Assembly (NCBI RefSeq): GCF_964355755.1
Contig: NC_092679.1
Span: 8,462,201-8,526,200 of the forward strand
Reading direction: 5' to 3'
DNA: 64,000 nt
Origin: Antedon mediterranea
Lineage: Eukaryota > Animalia > Echinodermata
This document shows, piece by piece, positions 36,101 through 51,800 of this stretch (position 1 is its first letter; each line of letters opens with the position of its first letter). The notes under the pieces were generated by a model that was not told the origin of the DNA, did not search any database, and worked only from the letters and a program-made list of their open reading frames with translations. The position numbers and the translations under genes are program-made.

Positions 36101-39100
36101 TAGAGAAAGATCAGCGAGAGAGAGATAGGTCAGCGACCGAGAGATAGATCAGCGAGAGAGAGAGAGATAGATCAGCGAGAGAGAGAGAGAGATAGATCAG
36201 CGAGAGAGAGAAAGATCAGCGAGAGAGAGATAGGTCAGCGACCGAGAGATAGATCAGCGAGAGAGATAGATCAGCGAGAGAGATATAGATCAGCGAGAGA
36301 GAGATAGATCAGTGAGAGAGAGATATATCAGCGAGAGAGATAGATTAGCGGGGGAGAAATAGATCAGCGAGAGAGAGAGAGAGATAGATCAGAGAGATAG
36401 AGATAGATCAGCGAGGGAGAGATAGATCAGCGAGAGAGAGAGAGATAGATCAGAGAGATAGAAATAGATCAGCGAGAGAGAGATAGATCAGCGAGAGAGA
36501 GATAGATTAGCAAGAGAGAGATAGATCAGCGAGAGAGAGATAGATCAGCGAGAGAGAGAGAGAGATCAGCGAGAGAGAGATAGATCAGCGAGAGAGAGAT
36601 AGATCAGCGAGAGAGAGATAGATCAGCGAGAGAGAGATAGATAGATCAGCGAGAGAGAGATAGATCAGCGAGAGAGATATAGATCAGCGAGAGAGAGATA
36701 GATCAGCGAGAGATAGATAGGTCAGCGAGAGAGAGAGATAGATCAGCAAGAGAGAGATAGATCAGCGAGAGAGAGAGATAGATCAGCGAGAGCGAGATAG
36801 ATTAGCGAGAGAGAGATAGATCAGCGAGAGAGAGATAGAATCAGCGAGAGAGAGAGAGATAGATCAGCGAGAGAGATAGATCAGCGAGAGAGAGAGAGAT
36901 AGATCAGAGAGAGAGAGATAGATCAGCGAGAGAGAGATAGATCAGCGAGAGAGAGATAGATTAGCAAGAGAGAGATAGATCAGCCAGAGAGAGATAGATC
37001 AGCGAGAGAGAGATAGATCAGCGAGAGAGAGATAGATCAGCGAGAGAGAGATAGATCAGCGAGAGAGAGATAGATAGATCAGCGAGAGAGAGATAGATCA
37101 GCGAGAGAGATATAGATCAGCGAGAGAGAGATAGATCAGCGAGAGATAGATAGATCAGCGAGAGAGAGAGAGAGATAGATCAGCAAGAGAGAGATAGATC
37201 AGCGAGAGAGAGATAGATCAGCGAGAGCGAGATAGATTAGCGAGAAAGAGATAGATCAGCGAGAGAGAGATAGATCAGCGAGAGAGAGAGAGATAGATCA
37301 GCGAGAAAGAGATAGATCAGCGAGAGAGATAGATAGATCAGCGAGAGAGAGATAGATCAGCGAGAGAGAGAGAAAGATAGATCAGCGAGAGAGAGAGAGA
37401 GAGAGAGATAGATCAGCGAGAGAGAGAGATAGATCAGCGAGAGAGAGATAGATCAGCGAGAGCGAGATAGATTAGCGAGAAAGAGATAGATCAGCGAGAG
37501 AGAGATAGATCAGCGAGAGAGAGAGAGATAGATCAGCGAGAAAGAGATAGATCAGCGAGAGAGATAGATAGATCAGCGAGAGAGAGATAGATCAGCGAGA
37601 GAGAGAGAAAGATAGATCAGCGAGAGAGAGAGAGAGAGAGAGATAGATCAGCGAGAGAGAGAGATAGATCAGCGAGAGAGAGATAGATCAGCGAGAGAGA
37701 GATAGATCAGCGAGAGGGAGAGATAGATCAGCGAGAGAGAGATAGATCAGCGAGAAAGAGATAGATCAGCGAGAGAGAGATAGATCAGCGAGAGAGATAG
37801 ATCAGCGAGAGAGAGAGAGATAGATCAGCGAGAGAGAGAGAGAGATAGATCAGCGAGAGAGAGAAAGATCAGCGAGAGAGAGATAGGTCAGCGACCGAGA
37901 GATAGATCAGCGAGAGAGAGATAGATCAGCGAGAGAGATATAGATCAGCGAGAGAGAGATAGATCAGTGAGAGAGAGATATATCAGCGAGAGAGATAGAT
38001 TAGCGGGGGAGAGATAGATCAGCGAGAGAGAGAGAGATAGATCAGAGAGATAGAGATAGATCAGCGAGGGAGAGATAGATCAGCGAGAGAGAGAGAGATA
38101 GATCAGAGAGATAGAGATAGATCAGCGAGAGAGAGATAGATCAGCGAGAGAGAGATAGATTAGAAAGAGAGAGATAGATCAGCGAGAGAGAGATAGATCA
38201 GCGAGAGAGAGAGAGATCAGCGAGAGAGAGATAGATCAGCGAGAGAGAGATAGATCAGCGAGAGAGAGATAGATCAGCGAGAGAGAGAGATAGATAGATC
38301 AGCGAGAGAGAGATAGATCAGCGAGAGAGATATAGATCAGCGAGAGAGAGATAGATCAGCGAGAGATAGATAGATCAGCGAGAGAGAGAGATAGATCAGC
38401 AAGAGAGAGATAGATCAGCGAGAGAGAGAGATAGATCAGCGAGAGCGAGATAGATTAGCGAGAGAGAGATAGATCAGCGAGAGAGAGATAGATCAGCGAG
38501 AGAGAGAGACATAGATCAGCGAGAAAGAGATAGATCAGCGAGAGAGATAGATAGATCAGCGAGAGGAGAGATAGATCAGCGAGAGAGAGAGAGAGAGAGA
38601 TAGATCAGCGAGAGAGAGAGAGAGAGATAGATCAGCGAGAGAGAGATAGATCAGCGAGAGAGAGATAGATCAGCGAGAGGGAGAGATAGATCAGCGAGAG
38701 AGATATAGATCAGCGAGAGAGAGATAGATCAGCGAGAGAGAAATAGATCAGCGAGAAAGAGATAGATCAGCGAGAGGGGGAGATAGATCAGCGAGAGAGA
38801 GATAGATCAGCGAGAGAGAGATAGATCAGCGAGAGGGAGAGATAGATCAGCGAGAGAGAGATAGATCAGCGAGAGAGAGATAGATCAGCAAGAGAGAGAT
38901 AGACCAGCGAGAGAGAGATAGAATCAGCGAGAGAGAGAGAGATAGATCAGCGAGAGGGAGAGATAGATCAGCGAGAGAGAGATAGATCAGCGAGAGAGAG
39001 ATAGATCAGCGAGAGGGAGAGATAGATCAGCGAGAGAGATAGATCAGCGAGAGAGAGATAGATCAGCAAGAGAGAGATAGACCAGCGAGAGAGAGATAGA

Positions 39101-39772
39101 ATCAGCGAGAGAGAGAGAGAGATAGATCAGCGAGAGATAGATCAGCGAGAGAGAGATAGATCAGCGAGAGGGAGAGATAGATCAGCGAGAGAGATATAGA
39201 TCAGCGAGAGAGATAGATCAGCGAGAGAGATATAGATCAACAAGAGAGAGATAGATCAGCGAGAGAGATAGATCAGCGAGAAAGAGAAAGATCAGCGAGA
39301 GAGAGATAGATCAGTGAGAGAGAGATAGATCAGCGAGAGAGAGATAGATTAGCGAGAGAGAGATAGATCAGCGAGAGAGAGAGAGATAGATCAGAGAGAG
39401 AGAGATAGATCAGCGAGAGAGAGATAGATCAGCGAGAGAGAAATAGATTAGCAAGAGAGAGATAGATCAGCGAGAGAGAGATAGATCAGCGAGAGAGAGA
39501 TAGATCAGCGAGAGAGAGATAGATCAGCGAGAGAGAGATAGATCAGCGAGAGAGAGATAGATAGATCAGCGAGAGAGAGATAGATAGATCAGCGAGAGAG
39601 AGAGAGATCAGCGAGAGAGATATAGATCAGCGAGAGAAAGATAGATCAGCGAGAGATAGATAGATCAGCGAGAGAGAGAGAGAGATAGATCAGCGAGAAA
39701 GAGATAGATCAGCGAGAGAGATAGATAGATCAGCGAGAGAGAGATAGATCAGCGAGAGAGAGAGAAAGATAG

Positions 39773-39810
<38 letters not shown>

Positions 39811-42800
39811 TCAGCGAGAGAGAGAGATAGATCAGCGAGAGAGAGATAGATCAGCGAGAGAGAGATAGATCAGCGAGAGGGAGAGATAGATCAGCGAGAG
39901 AGAGATAGATCAGCGAGAAAGAGATAGATCAGCGAGAGAGAGATAGATCAGCGAGAGAGATAGATCAGCGAGAGAGAGAGATAGATCAGCGAGAGAGAGA
40001 GAGAGATAGATCAGCGAGAGAGAGAAAGATCAGCGAGAGAGAGATAGGTCAGCGACCGAGAGATAGATCAGCGAGAGAGAGATAGATCAGCGAGAAAGAT
40101 ATAGATCAGCGAGAGAGATAGATCAGAGAGAGAGAGAGATAGATCAGCGAGAGAGAGAAAGATCAGCGAGAGAGAGATAGATCAGTGAGAGAGAGATATA
40201 TCAGCGAGAGAGATAGATTAGCGGGGGAGAGATAGATCAGCGAGAGAGAGAGAGATAGATCAGAGAGATAGAGATAGATCAGCGAGAGAGAGATAGATCA
40301 GCGAGAGAGAGATAGATCAGTGAGAGAGAGATAGATCAGCGAGAGAGAGAGAGAGATAGATCAGCGAGAGAGAGAAAGATCAGCGAGAGAGAGATAGGTC
40401 AGCAACAGAGAGATAGATCAGCGAGAGAGAAAAAGATCAGCGAGAGAGAGATAGATCAGCGACAGAGAGATAGATCAGCGAGAGAGAGATAGATCAGCGA
40501 GAGAGATATAGATCAGCGAGAGAGATAGATCAGCGAGAGAGAGATAGATCAGCGAGAGAGAGAAAGATCAGCGAGAGAGAGATAGATCAGCGAGAGAGAG
40601 ATAGATCAGCGAGAGAGATAGATCAGCGAGAGAGAGAGAGATAGATCAATGAGAGAGAGAGAGATAGATCAGCGAGAGAGATAGATCAGCGAGAGAGAGA
40701 TAGATAAGCGAGAGAGAGATAGATTAGCGAGAGAGAGATAGATCAGCGAGAGAGAGATAGATCAGCGAGAGAGAGAGAGATCAGCGAGAGAGAGAGAGAT
40801 AGATCAGCGAGAGAGAGAGAGAGAGAGATAGATCAGCGTGAGAGAGACAGATAGATCAGCGAGAGAGAGTGAGAGAGATAGATCAGCGAGAGAAGGTGAG
40901 AGAGATAGATCAGCGAGAGAGAGATAGATCAGCGAGAGAGAGATAGATAGATCAGCGAGAGAGAGATAGATAGATCAGCGAGAGAGAGATAGATAGATCA
41001 GCGAGAGAGAGATAGATCAGCGAGAGAGAAATAGATAGATCAGCGAGAGACAGATAGGTCAGCGAGAGAGAGAGATAGATCAGCGAGAGAGATAGATCAG
41101 CGAGAGAGAGAGATAGATTAGCGAGATAGAGAGAGAGAGATAGATCAGCGAGAGAGATAGATCAGCGAGAGAGAGATAGATAAGTGAGAGAGATATAGAT
41201 TAGCGAGAGAGAGATAGATCAGCGAGAGAGATAGATCAGCGAGAGAGAGATAGATCAGCGAGAGAGAGAGAGAGAGAGATAGATCAGCGAGAGAGAGAAA
41301 GATAGTTCAGCGAGAGAGAGAGTGAGAGAGATAGATCAGCGAGAGAGAGAGAGAGAGAGATAGATCAGCGAGAGAGAGACAGATAGATAGATCAGCGAGA
41401 GAGAGTGAGAGAGATAGATCAGCGAGAGAGGGTGAGAGAGATAGATCAGCGAGAGAGAGATAGATCAGCGAGAGAGAGATAGATAGATCAGCGAGAAAGA
41501 GATAGATAGATCAGCGAGAGAGAAATAGATCAGCGAGAGAGAAATAGATAGATCAGCGAGAGAGAGATAGGTCAGCGAGAGAGAGATAGCTCAGCGAGAG
41601 AGAGAGAGAGAGATAGATCAGCGAGAGAGAAAGAGATAGATCAGCGAGAGAGAGATAGATCAGCGAGAGGTAGAGATAGATAAGCGAGAGAGAGATAGAT
41701 CAGCGAGAGAGAGATAGATCAGCGAGAGAGAGATAGATCAGCGAGAGAGAGAGATAGATCAGCGAGAGAGAGAGAGATAGATCAGCGAGAGAGAGAAAGA
41801 TCAGCGAGAGAGATAGGTCAGCGACAGAGAGATAGATCAGCGAGAGAGAAAAAGATCAGCGAGAGAGAGATAGATCAGCGACAGAGAGATAGATCAGCGA
41901 GAGAGAGATAGATCAGCGAGAGAGATATAGATCAGCGAGAGAGATAGATCAGCGAGAGAGAGATAGATCAGCGAGAGAGAGAAAGATCAGCGAGAGAGAG
42001 ATAGATCAGCGAGAGAGATAGATCAGCGAGAGAGAGATAGATCAGCGAGAGAGAGAGAGAGATAGATCAGCGAGAAAGATAGATCAGCGAGAGAGAGATA
42101 GATAAGCGAGAGAGAGATGGATTAGCGAGAGAGAGATAGATCAGCGAGAGAGAGATAGATCAGCGAGAGAGAGAGAGAGATCAGCGAGAGAGAGAGAGAG
42201 ATAGATCAGCGAGAGAGAGAGAGAGAGATAGATCAGCGAGAGAGAGACAGATAGATCAGCGAGAGAGAGTGAGAGAGATAGATCAGCGAGAGAGGGTGAG
42301 AGAGATAGATCAGCGAGAGAGAGATAGATCAGCGAGAGAGAGATAGATAGATCAGCGAGAGAGATAGATAGATCAGCGAGAGAGAGATAGATAGATCAGC
42401 GAGAGAGAGATAGATCAGCGAGAGAGAGATAGATCAGCGAGAGAGAGATAGATCAGCGAGAAAGAGATAGATCAGTGAGAGAGAGATAGATCAGCGAGAG
42501 AGATAGATCAGCGAGAGAGAGAGATAGATCAGCGAGAGAGAGATAGATAGATCAGCGAGAGAGAGATAGGTCAGCGACAGAGAGATAGATCAGCGAGAGA
42601 GAGATAGATCAGCGAGAGAGATATAGATCAGCGAGAGAGAGAGATACATCAGCGAGAAAGAGATAGATCAGCGAGAGAGAGAAAGATCAGCGAGAGAGCG
42701 ATAGATCAGTGAGAGAGAGATAGATCAGCGAGAGAGAGATAGATCAGCGAGAGAGAGATAGATTAGCAAGAGAGAGATAGATCAGCGAGAGAGAGATAGA

Positions 42801-45800
42801 TCAGCGAGAGAGAGAGAGATCAGCGAGAGAGAGATAGATCAGCGAGAAAGAGATAGATCAGCGAAAGAGGTAGATAGATCAACGAGAGAGAGATAGATCA
42901 GCGAGAGAGAGAGAGAGTGATAGATCAGCGAGAGAGAGAGATAGATCAGCGAGAGAGATATAGATCAGCGAGAGAGAGATAGATCAGCGAGAGGGAGAGA
43001 TAGATCAGCGAGAGAGAGATAGATCAGCGAGAGAGAGATAGATCAGCGAGAGAGAGATAGACCAGCGAGAGAGAGATAGATCAGCGAGAGAGAGAGATAG
43101 ATCAGCGAGAGAGAGATAGATCAGCGAGAGAGAGATAGATCAGCGAGAGAGAGATAGATCAGCGAGAGAGAGATAGATCAGCGAGATAGATAGATCAGTG
43201 AGAGAGAGATAGATCAGCGAGATAGAGAAAGATCAGCGAGAGAGAGATAGATCAGTGACAGAGAGATAGATCAGCGAGAGAGAGATAGATCAGCGAGAGA
43301 GATATAGATCAGCGAGAGAGAGAGATAGATCAGCGAGAGATCGATAGATCAGCGAAAGAGAGAGAGATAGATCAGCAAGAGAGAGATAGATCAACGAGAG
43401 AGAGAGATAGATCAGCGAGAACGAGATAGATTAGCGAGAGAGAGATAGATCAGCAAGAGAGAGATAGATCAGCGAGAGAGAGAGAGATAGATCAGCGAGA
43501 AAGAGATAGATCAGCGAGAGAGATAGATAGATCAGCGAGAGAAAAATAGATCAGCGAGAGAGAGAGAGATAGATCAGCGAGAGAGAGAGATAGATCAGCG
43601 AGAGAAAGATAAATCAGCGAGAGAGAGATAGATCAGCGAGAGGGAGAGATAGATCAGCGAGAGAGATATAGATCAGCAAGAGAGAGATAGATCAGCGAGA
43701 GAGAGATAGATCAGCGAGAGAGAGATAGATCAGCGAGAGAAAGAGATAGATCAGCGAGAGAGAGAGATAGATCAGCGAGAGAGAGAAAGATCAGCGAGAG
43801 AGAGATAGATCAGCGACAGAGAGATAGATCAGCGAGAGAGAGATAGATCAGCGAGAGAGATATATATCAGCGAGAGAGATAGATCAGCGAGAAAGAGATA
43901 GATCAGCGAGAGAGAGAGAAAGATCAGCAAGAGAGAGATAGATCAGCGAGAGAGAGATAGATCAGCGAGAGAGATAGATCAGCGAGAGAGAGAGAGATAG
44001 ATCAGCGAGCGAGAGAGAGAGATAGATCAGCGAGAGAGAGATAGATCAGAGAGAGAGAGATAGATAAGCGAGAGAGAGATAGATTAGCGAGAGAGAGATA
44101 GATCAGCGAGAGAGAGATAGATCAGCAAGAGAGAGAGAGAGATCAGCGAGAGAGAGAGATAGATCAGCGAGAGAGAGATAGATCAGCGAGAGAGAGATAG
44201 ATAGATCAGCGAGAGGGAGATAGATAGATCAGCGAGAGAGAGATAGATCAGCGAAAGAGAGATAGATAGATCAGCGAGAGAGAGATAGATCAGCGAGAGA
44301 GATAGATCAGCGAGAGAGAGATAGATAGATGAGCGAGAGAGAGATAGATCAGCGAGAGAGAGATAGATCAGCGAGAAAGAGAGATAGATCAGCGAGAGAG
44401 AGATAGATCAGCGAGAGAGAGATAGATAGATCAGCGAGAGAGAGATAGATAGATCAGCGAGAGAGAGATAGATAGATCAGCGAGAGAGGGATAGATAGAT
44501 CAGCGAGAGAGAGATAGATAGATCAGCGAGAGAGAAATAGATGAGCGAGAGAGAGATAGATCAGCGAGAGAGATAGATAGATCAGCGAGAGAGAGATAGA
44601 TCAGCGAAAGAGAGAGAGATAGATAGATCAGCGAGAGAAAGAGATAGATCAGCGAGAGAGAGATAGATCAGCGAGAGAGAGATAGATCAGCGAGAAGGAA
44701 AGATAGATCAGCGAGAGAGAGATAGATCAGCGAGAAAGAGAGATAGATCAGCGAGAGAGATAGATCAGCGAGAGAGAGATAGATCAGCGAGAGAGAGATA
44801 GATCAGCTAGAGAGAGAGATGGATCAGCGAGAGAGAGAGATAGATCAGCGAGATAGAGAAAGATCTGCAAGAGAGAGATTGATCAGCGACTGAGAGATAG
44901 ATCAGCGAAAGAGAGATAGATCCGCGAGAGAGATAAAGATCAGCGAGAGAGAGATAGATCAGCGAGAGAGAGATAGATCAGCGAGAGAGAGATAGATTAG
45001 CAAGAGAGAGATAGATCAGCGAGAGAGAGAGATAGATCAGCGAGAGAGAGAGAGAGATCAGCGAGAGAGAGAGATAGATCAGCGAGAAAGAGATAGATCA
45101 GTGAGAGAGGTAGATAGATCAACGAGAGAGAGAGATAGATCAGCGAGAGAGAGAGAGAGTGATAGATCAGCGAGAGAGAGAGATAGATCAGCGAGAGAGA
45201 TATAGATCAGCGAGAGAGAGATAGATCAGCGAGAGGGAGAGATAGATCAGCGAGAGAGAGATAGATCAGCGAGAGAGAGATAGATCAGCGAGAGAGAGAT
45301 AGACCAGCGAGAGAGAGATAGATCAGCGAGAGAGAGAGATAGATCAGCGAGAGAGAGATAGATCAGCGAGAGAGAGATAGATCAGCGAGAGAGAGATAGA
45401 TCAGCGAGAGAGAGATAGATCAGCGAGATAGATAGATCAGCGAGAGAGAGATAGATCAGCGAGATAGAGAAAGATCAGCGAGAGAGAGATAGATCAGTGA
45501 CAGAGAGATAAATCAGCGAGAGAGAGATAGATCAGCAAGAGATATATAGATCAGCGAGAGAGAGAGATAGATCAGCGAGAGATCGATAGATCAGCGAAAG
45601 AGAGAGAGATAGATCAGCAAGAGAGAGATAGATCAGCGAGAGAGAGAGATAGATCAGCGAGAACGAGATAGATTAGCGAGAGAGAGATAGATCAGCAAGA
45701 GAGAGATAGATCAGCGAGAGAGAGAGAGAGAGATAGATCAGCGAGAAAGAGATAGATCAGCGAGAGAGATAGATAGATCAGCGAGAGAGAGATAGATCAG

Positions 45801-48800
45801 CGAGAGAGAGAGAGAGAGATAGATCAGCGAGAGAGAGGGATAGATCAGCGAGAGAAAGATAAATCAGCGAGAGAGAGATAGATCAGCGAGAGGGAGAGAT
45901 AGATCAGCGAGAGAGATATAGATCAGCAAGAGAGAGATAGATCAGCGAGAGAGAGATAGATCAGCGAGAGAGAGATAGATCAGCGAGAGAAAGAGATAGA
46001 TCAGCGAGAGAGAGAGATAGATCAGCGAGAGAGAGAAAGATCAGCGAGAGAGAGATAGATCAGCGACAGAGAGATAGATCAGCGAGAGAGAGATAGATCA
46101 GCGAGAGAGATATATATCAGCGAGAGAGATAGATCAGCGAGAAAGAGATAGATCAGCGAGAGAGAGAGAAAGATCAGCAAGAGAGAGATAGATCAGCGAG
46201 AGAGAGATAGATCAGCGAGAGAGATAGATCAGCGAGAGAGAGAGAGAGATAGATCAGCGAGCGAGAGAGAGAGATAGATCAGCGAGAGAGAGATAGATCA
46301 GCGAGAGAGAGATAGATAAGCGAGAGAGAGATAGATTAGCGAGAGAGAGATAGATCAGCGAGAGAGATAGATCAGCGAGAGAGAGAGAGATCAGCGAGAG
46401 AGAGAGATAGATCAGCGAGAGAGAGATAGATCAGCGAGAGAGAGATAGATAGATCAGCGAGAGGGAGATAGATTGATCAGCGAGAGAGAGATAGATCAGC
46501 GAAAGAGAGATAGATAGATCAGCGAGAGAGAGATAGATCAGCGAGAGAGATAGATCAGCGAGAGAGAGATAGATAGCTGAGCGAGAGAGAGATAGATCAG
46601 CGAGAGAGAGATAGATCAGCGAGAGAGAGAGATAGATCAGCGAGAGAGAGATAGATCAGCGAGAGAGAGATAGATAGATCAGCGAGAGAGAGATAGATAG
46701 ATCAGCGAGAAAGAGATAGATAGATCAGCGAGAGAGGGATAGATAGATCAGCGAGAGAGAGATAGATAGATCAGCGAGAGAGAAATAGATGAGCGAGAGA
46801 GAGATAGATGAGCGAGAGAGATAGATAGATCAGCGAGAGAGAGATAGATCAGCGAGAGAGAGAGAGAGAGATAGATAGATCAGCGAGAGAAAGAAATAGA
46901 TCAGCGAGAGAGAGATAGATCAGCGAGACAGAGATAGATCAGCGAGAAGGAAAGATAGATCAGAGCGAGAGAGAGATAGATCAGCGAGAGAGAGAGATAG
47001 ATCAGCGAGAGAGATAGATCAGCGAGAGAGGGATAGATCAGCGAGAGAGAGATAGATCAGCTAGAGAGAGAGATGGATCAGCGAGAGAGAGAGAGATAGA
47101 TCAGCGAGATAGAGAAAGATCTGCGAGAGAGAGATTGATCAGCGACAGAGAGATAGATCAGCGAGAGAGAGATAGATAAGCGAGAGAGAGATAGATTAGC
47201 GAGAGAGAGATAGATAAGCAAGAGAGAGAGATAGATCAGCGAGAGAGAGAAAGATCAGCGAGAGAGAGATAGATCAGCGAGAGAGAGAGATAGATCAGCG
47301 AGAGAGATAGATCAGCGAGAGAGAGATAGATCAGCAAGAGAGAGATAGATCAGCTAGAGAGAGAGATGGATCAGCGAGAGAGAGAGAGAGATAGATCAGC
47401 GAGATAGAGAAAGATCTGCGAGAGAGAGATTGATCAGCGACAGAGAGATAGATCAGCGAGAGAGAGATAGATAAGCGAGAGAGAGATAGATTAGCGAGAG
47501 AGAGATAGATCAGCAAGAGAGAGAGATAGATCAGCGAGAGAGAGAAAGATCAGCGAGAGAGAAATAGATCAGTGAGAGAGAGAGAGAGAGATAGATCAGC
47601 GAGAGAGAGATAGATCAGCGAGAGAGAGATAGATCAGCGAGAGAGAGATAGATTAGCGAGAGAGAGATAGATCAGCGAGAAAGAGATAGATCAGCGAGAG
47701 AGAGAGATCAGCGAGAGAGAGAGATAGATAAGCGAGAGAGAGATAGATCAGCGAGAGAGAGATAAATCAGCGAGAGATATAGATCAGCGAGAGAGAGATA
47801 GATCAGCGAGAGAGAGATAGATCAGCGAGAGAGAGAGATGGATCAGCGATAGAGAGAGATAGATCAGCGAGATAGAGAAAGATCTGCGAGAGAGAGATTG
47901 ATCAGCGAGAGAGAGATAGATCAGCGAGAGAGATAGATAGATCAGCGAGAGAGAGATAGATCAGCGAGAGAGAGAGAGAGAGAGATAGATCAGAGAGAGG
48001 GAGAGATAGATCAGCGATAGAGATATAGATCATCAGCGAGAGAGATAGATCAGCGAGAGAGATATAGATCAACGAGAGAGAGATAGATCAGCGAGAGAGA
48101 TAGATCAGCGAGAGAGAGATAGATCAGCGAGAGAGAGATAGATCTGCGAGAGAGAGATAGATCAGCGAGAGAGAGATAGATAGATCAGCGAGAGAGATAG
48201 ATCAGCGAGAGAGATACAGATCAGCGAGAGAGAGATAGATCAGCGAGAGATAGATAGATCAGCGAGAGAGAGAGAGAGAGATAGATCAGCAAGAAAGAGA
48301 TAGACCAGCGAGAGAGAGATAGAATCAGCGAGAGAGAGAGAGAGAGATAGATCAGCGAGAGAGATAGATCAGCGAGAGAGAGATAGATCAGCGAGAGGGA
48401 GAGATAGATCAGCGATAGAGATATAGATCAGCGAGAGAGATAGATCAGCGAGAGAGATATAGATCAACGAGAGAGAGATAGATCAGCGAGAGAGATAGAT
48501 CAGCGAGAGAGAGAATGATCAGCGAGAGAGAGATAGATCAGTGAGAGAGAAATAGATCAGCGAGAGAGAGATAGATTAGCGAGAGAGAGATAGATCAGCG
48601 AGAGAGAGAGATATAGATCAGAGAGAGAGAGATAGATCAGCGAGAGAGAGATAGATCAGCGAGAGAGAAATAGATTAGCAAGAGAGAGATAGATCAGCGA
48701 GAGAGAGATAGATCAGCGAGAGAGAGATAGATCAGCGAGAGAGAGATAAATCAGCGAGAGAGATAGATCAGTGAGAGAGAGATAGATAGATCAGCGAGAG

Positions 48801-51800
48801 AGAGATAGATCAGCGAGAGAGATATAGATCAGCGAGAGAAAGATAGATCAGCGAGAGATAGATAGATCAGCGAGAGAGAGAGAGATAGATCAGCAAGAAA
48901 GAGATAGATCAGCGAGAGTGAGAGAGATAGATCAGCGAGAGCGAGATAGATTAGCGAGAGAGAGATAGATCAGCGAGAGAGAGATAGATCAGCGAGAGAG
49001 AGAGAGATAGATCAGCGAGAAAGAGATAGATCAGCGAGAGAGATAGATAGATCAGCGAGAGATAGATAGATCAGCGAGAGAGAGAGATAGATAGATCAGC
49101 GAGAGAAAGAAATAGATCAGCGAGAGAGAGATAGATCAGCGAGAGAGAGATAGATCAGCGAGAAGGAAAGATAGATCAGAGCGAGAGAGAGATAGATCAG
49201 CGAGAGAGAGAGATAGATCAGCGAGAGAGAGAGATAGATCAGCGAGAACGAGATAGATCAGCGAGAGAGAGATAGATCAGCGAGAAGGAAAGATAGATCA
49301 GAGCGAGAGAGAGATAGATGAGCGAGAGAGATAGATAGATCAGCGAGAGAGAGATAGATCAGCGAGAGAGAGAGAGAGAGATAGATAGATCAGCGAGAGA
49401 AAGAAATAGATCAGCGAGAGAGAGATAGATCAGCGAGAGAGAGATAGATCAGCGAGAAGGAAAGATAGATCAGAGCGAGAGAGAGATAGATCAGCGAGAG
49501 AGAGAGATAGATCAGCGAGAGAGATAGATCAGCGAGAGAGGGATAGATCAGCGAGAGAGAGATAGATCAGCTAGAGAGAGAGATGGATCAGCGAGAGAGA
49601 GAGAGATAGATCAGCGAGATAGAGAAAGATCTGCGAGAGAGAGATTGATCAGCGACAGAGAGATAGATCAGCGAGAGAGAGATAGATAAGCGAGAGAGAG
49701 ATAGATTAGCGAGAGAGAGATAGATAAGCAAGAGAGAGAGATAGATCAGCGAGAGAGAGAAAGATCAGCGAGAGAGAGATAGATCAGCGAGAGAGAGAGA
49801 TAGATCAGCGAGAGAGATAGATCAGCGAGAGAGAGATAGATCAGCAAGAGAGAGATAGATCAGCTAGAGAGAGAGATGGATCAGCGAGAGAGAGAGAGAG
49901 ATAGATCAGCGAGATAGAGAAAGATCTGCGAGAGAGAGATTGATCAGCGACAGAGAGATAGATCAGCGAGAGAGAGATAGATAAGCGAGAGAGAGATAGA
50001 TTAGCGAGAGAGAGATAGATCAGCAAGAGAGAGAGATAGATCAGCGAGAGAGAGAAAGATCAGCGAGAGAGAGATAGATCAGTGAGAGAGAGAGAGAGAG
50101 ATAGATCAGCGAGAGAGAGATAGATCAGCGAGAGAGAGATAGATCAGCGAGAGAGAGATAGATTAGCGAGAGAGAGATAGATCAGCGAGAAAGAGATAGA
50201 TCAGCGAGAGAGAGAGATCAGCGAGAGAGAGAGATAGATCAGCGAGAGAGAGATAGATCAGCGAGAGAGAGATAAATCAGCGAGAGATATAGATCAGCGA
50301 GAGAGAGATAGATCAGCGAGAGAGAGATAGATCAGCGAGAGAGAGAGATGGATCAGCGATAGAGAGAGATAGATCAGCGAGATAGAGAAAGATCTGCGAG
50401 AGAGAGATTGATCAGCGAGAGAGAGATAGATCAGCGAGAGAGATAGATAGATCAGCGAGAGAGAGATAGATCAGCGAGAGAGAGAGAGAGAGAGATAGAT
50501 CAGAGAGAGGGAGAGATAGATCAGCGATAGAGATATAGATCATCAGCGAGAGAGATAGATCAGCGAGAGAGATATAGATCAACGAGAGAGAGATAGATCA
50601 GCGAGAGAGATAGATCAGCGAGAGAGAGATAGATCAGCGAGAGAGAGATAGATCTGCGAGAGAGAGATAGATCAGCGAGAGAGAGATAGATAGATCAGCG
50701 AGAGAGATAGATCAGCGAGAGAGATACAGATCAGCGAGAGAGAGATAGATCAGCGAGAGATAGATAGATCAGCGAGAGAGAGAGAGATAGATCAGCAAGA
50801 AAGAGATAGACCAGCGAGAGAGAGATAGAATCAGCGAGAGAGAGAGAGAGAGATAGATCAGCGAGAGAGATAGATCAGCGAGAGAGAGATAGATCAGCGA
50901 GAGGGAGAGATAGATCAGCGATAGAGATATAGATCAGCGAGAGAGATAGATCAGCGAGAGAGATATAGATCAACGAGAGAGAGATAGATCAGCGAGAGGG
51001 ATAGATCAGCGAGAGAGAGAATGATCAGCGAGAGAGAGATAGATCAGTGAGAGAGAAATAGATCAGCGAGAGAGAGATAGATTAGCGAGAGAGAGATAGA
51101 TCAGCGAGAGAGAGAGATATAGATCAGAGAGAGAGAGATAGATCAGCGAGAGAGAGATAGATCAGCGAGAGAGAAATAGATTAGCAAGAGAGAGATAGAT
51201 CAGCGAGAGAGAGATAGATCAGCGAGAGAGAGATAGATCAGCGAGAGAGAGATAAATCAGCGAGAGAGAGATAGATCAGTGAGAGAGAGATAGATAGATC
51301 AGCGAGAGAGAGATAGATAGATCAGCGAGAGAGAGATAGATCAGCGAGAGAGATATAGATCAGCGAGAGAAAGATAGATCAGCGAGAGATAGATAGATCA
51401 GCGAGAGAGAGAGAGATAGATCAGCAAGAAAGAGATAGATCAGCGAGAGTGAGAGAGATAGATCAGCGAGAGCGAGATAGATTAGCGAGAGAGAGATAGA
51501 TCAGCGAGAGAGAGATAGATCAGCGAGAGAGAGAGAGATAGATCAGCGAGAAAGAGATAGATCAGCGAGAGAGATAGATAGATCAGCGAGAGATAGATAG
51601 ATCAGCGAGAGAGAGAGAGAGATAGATCAGCAAGAGAGAGATAGATCAGCGAGAGAGAGAGATAGATCAGCGAGAGCGAGATAGATTAGCGAGAGAGAGA
51701 TAGATCAGCGAGAGAGAGATAGATCAGCGAGAGAGAGAGAGATAGATCAGCGAGAAAGAGATAGATCAGCGAGAGAGATAGATAGAATCAGCGAGAGAGA

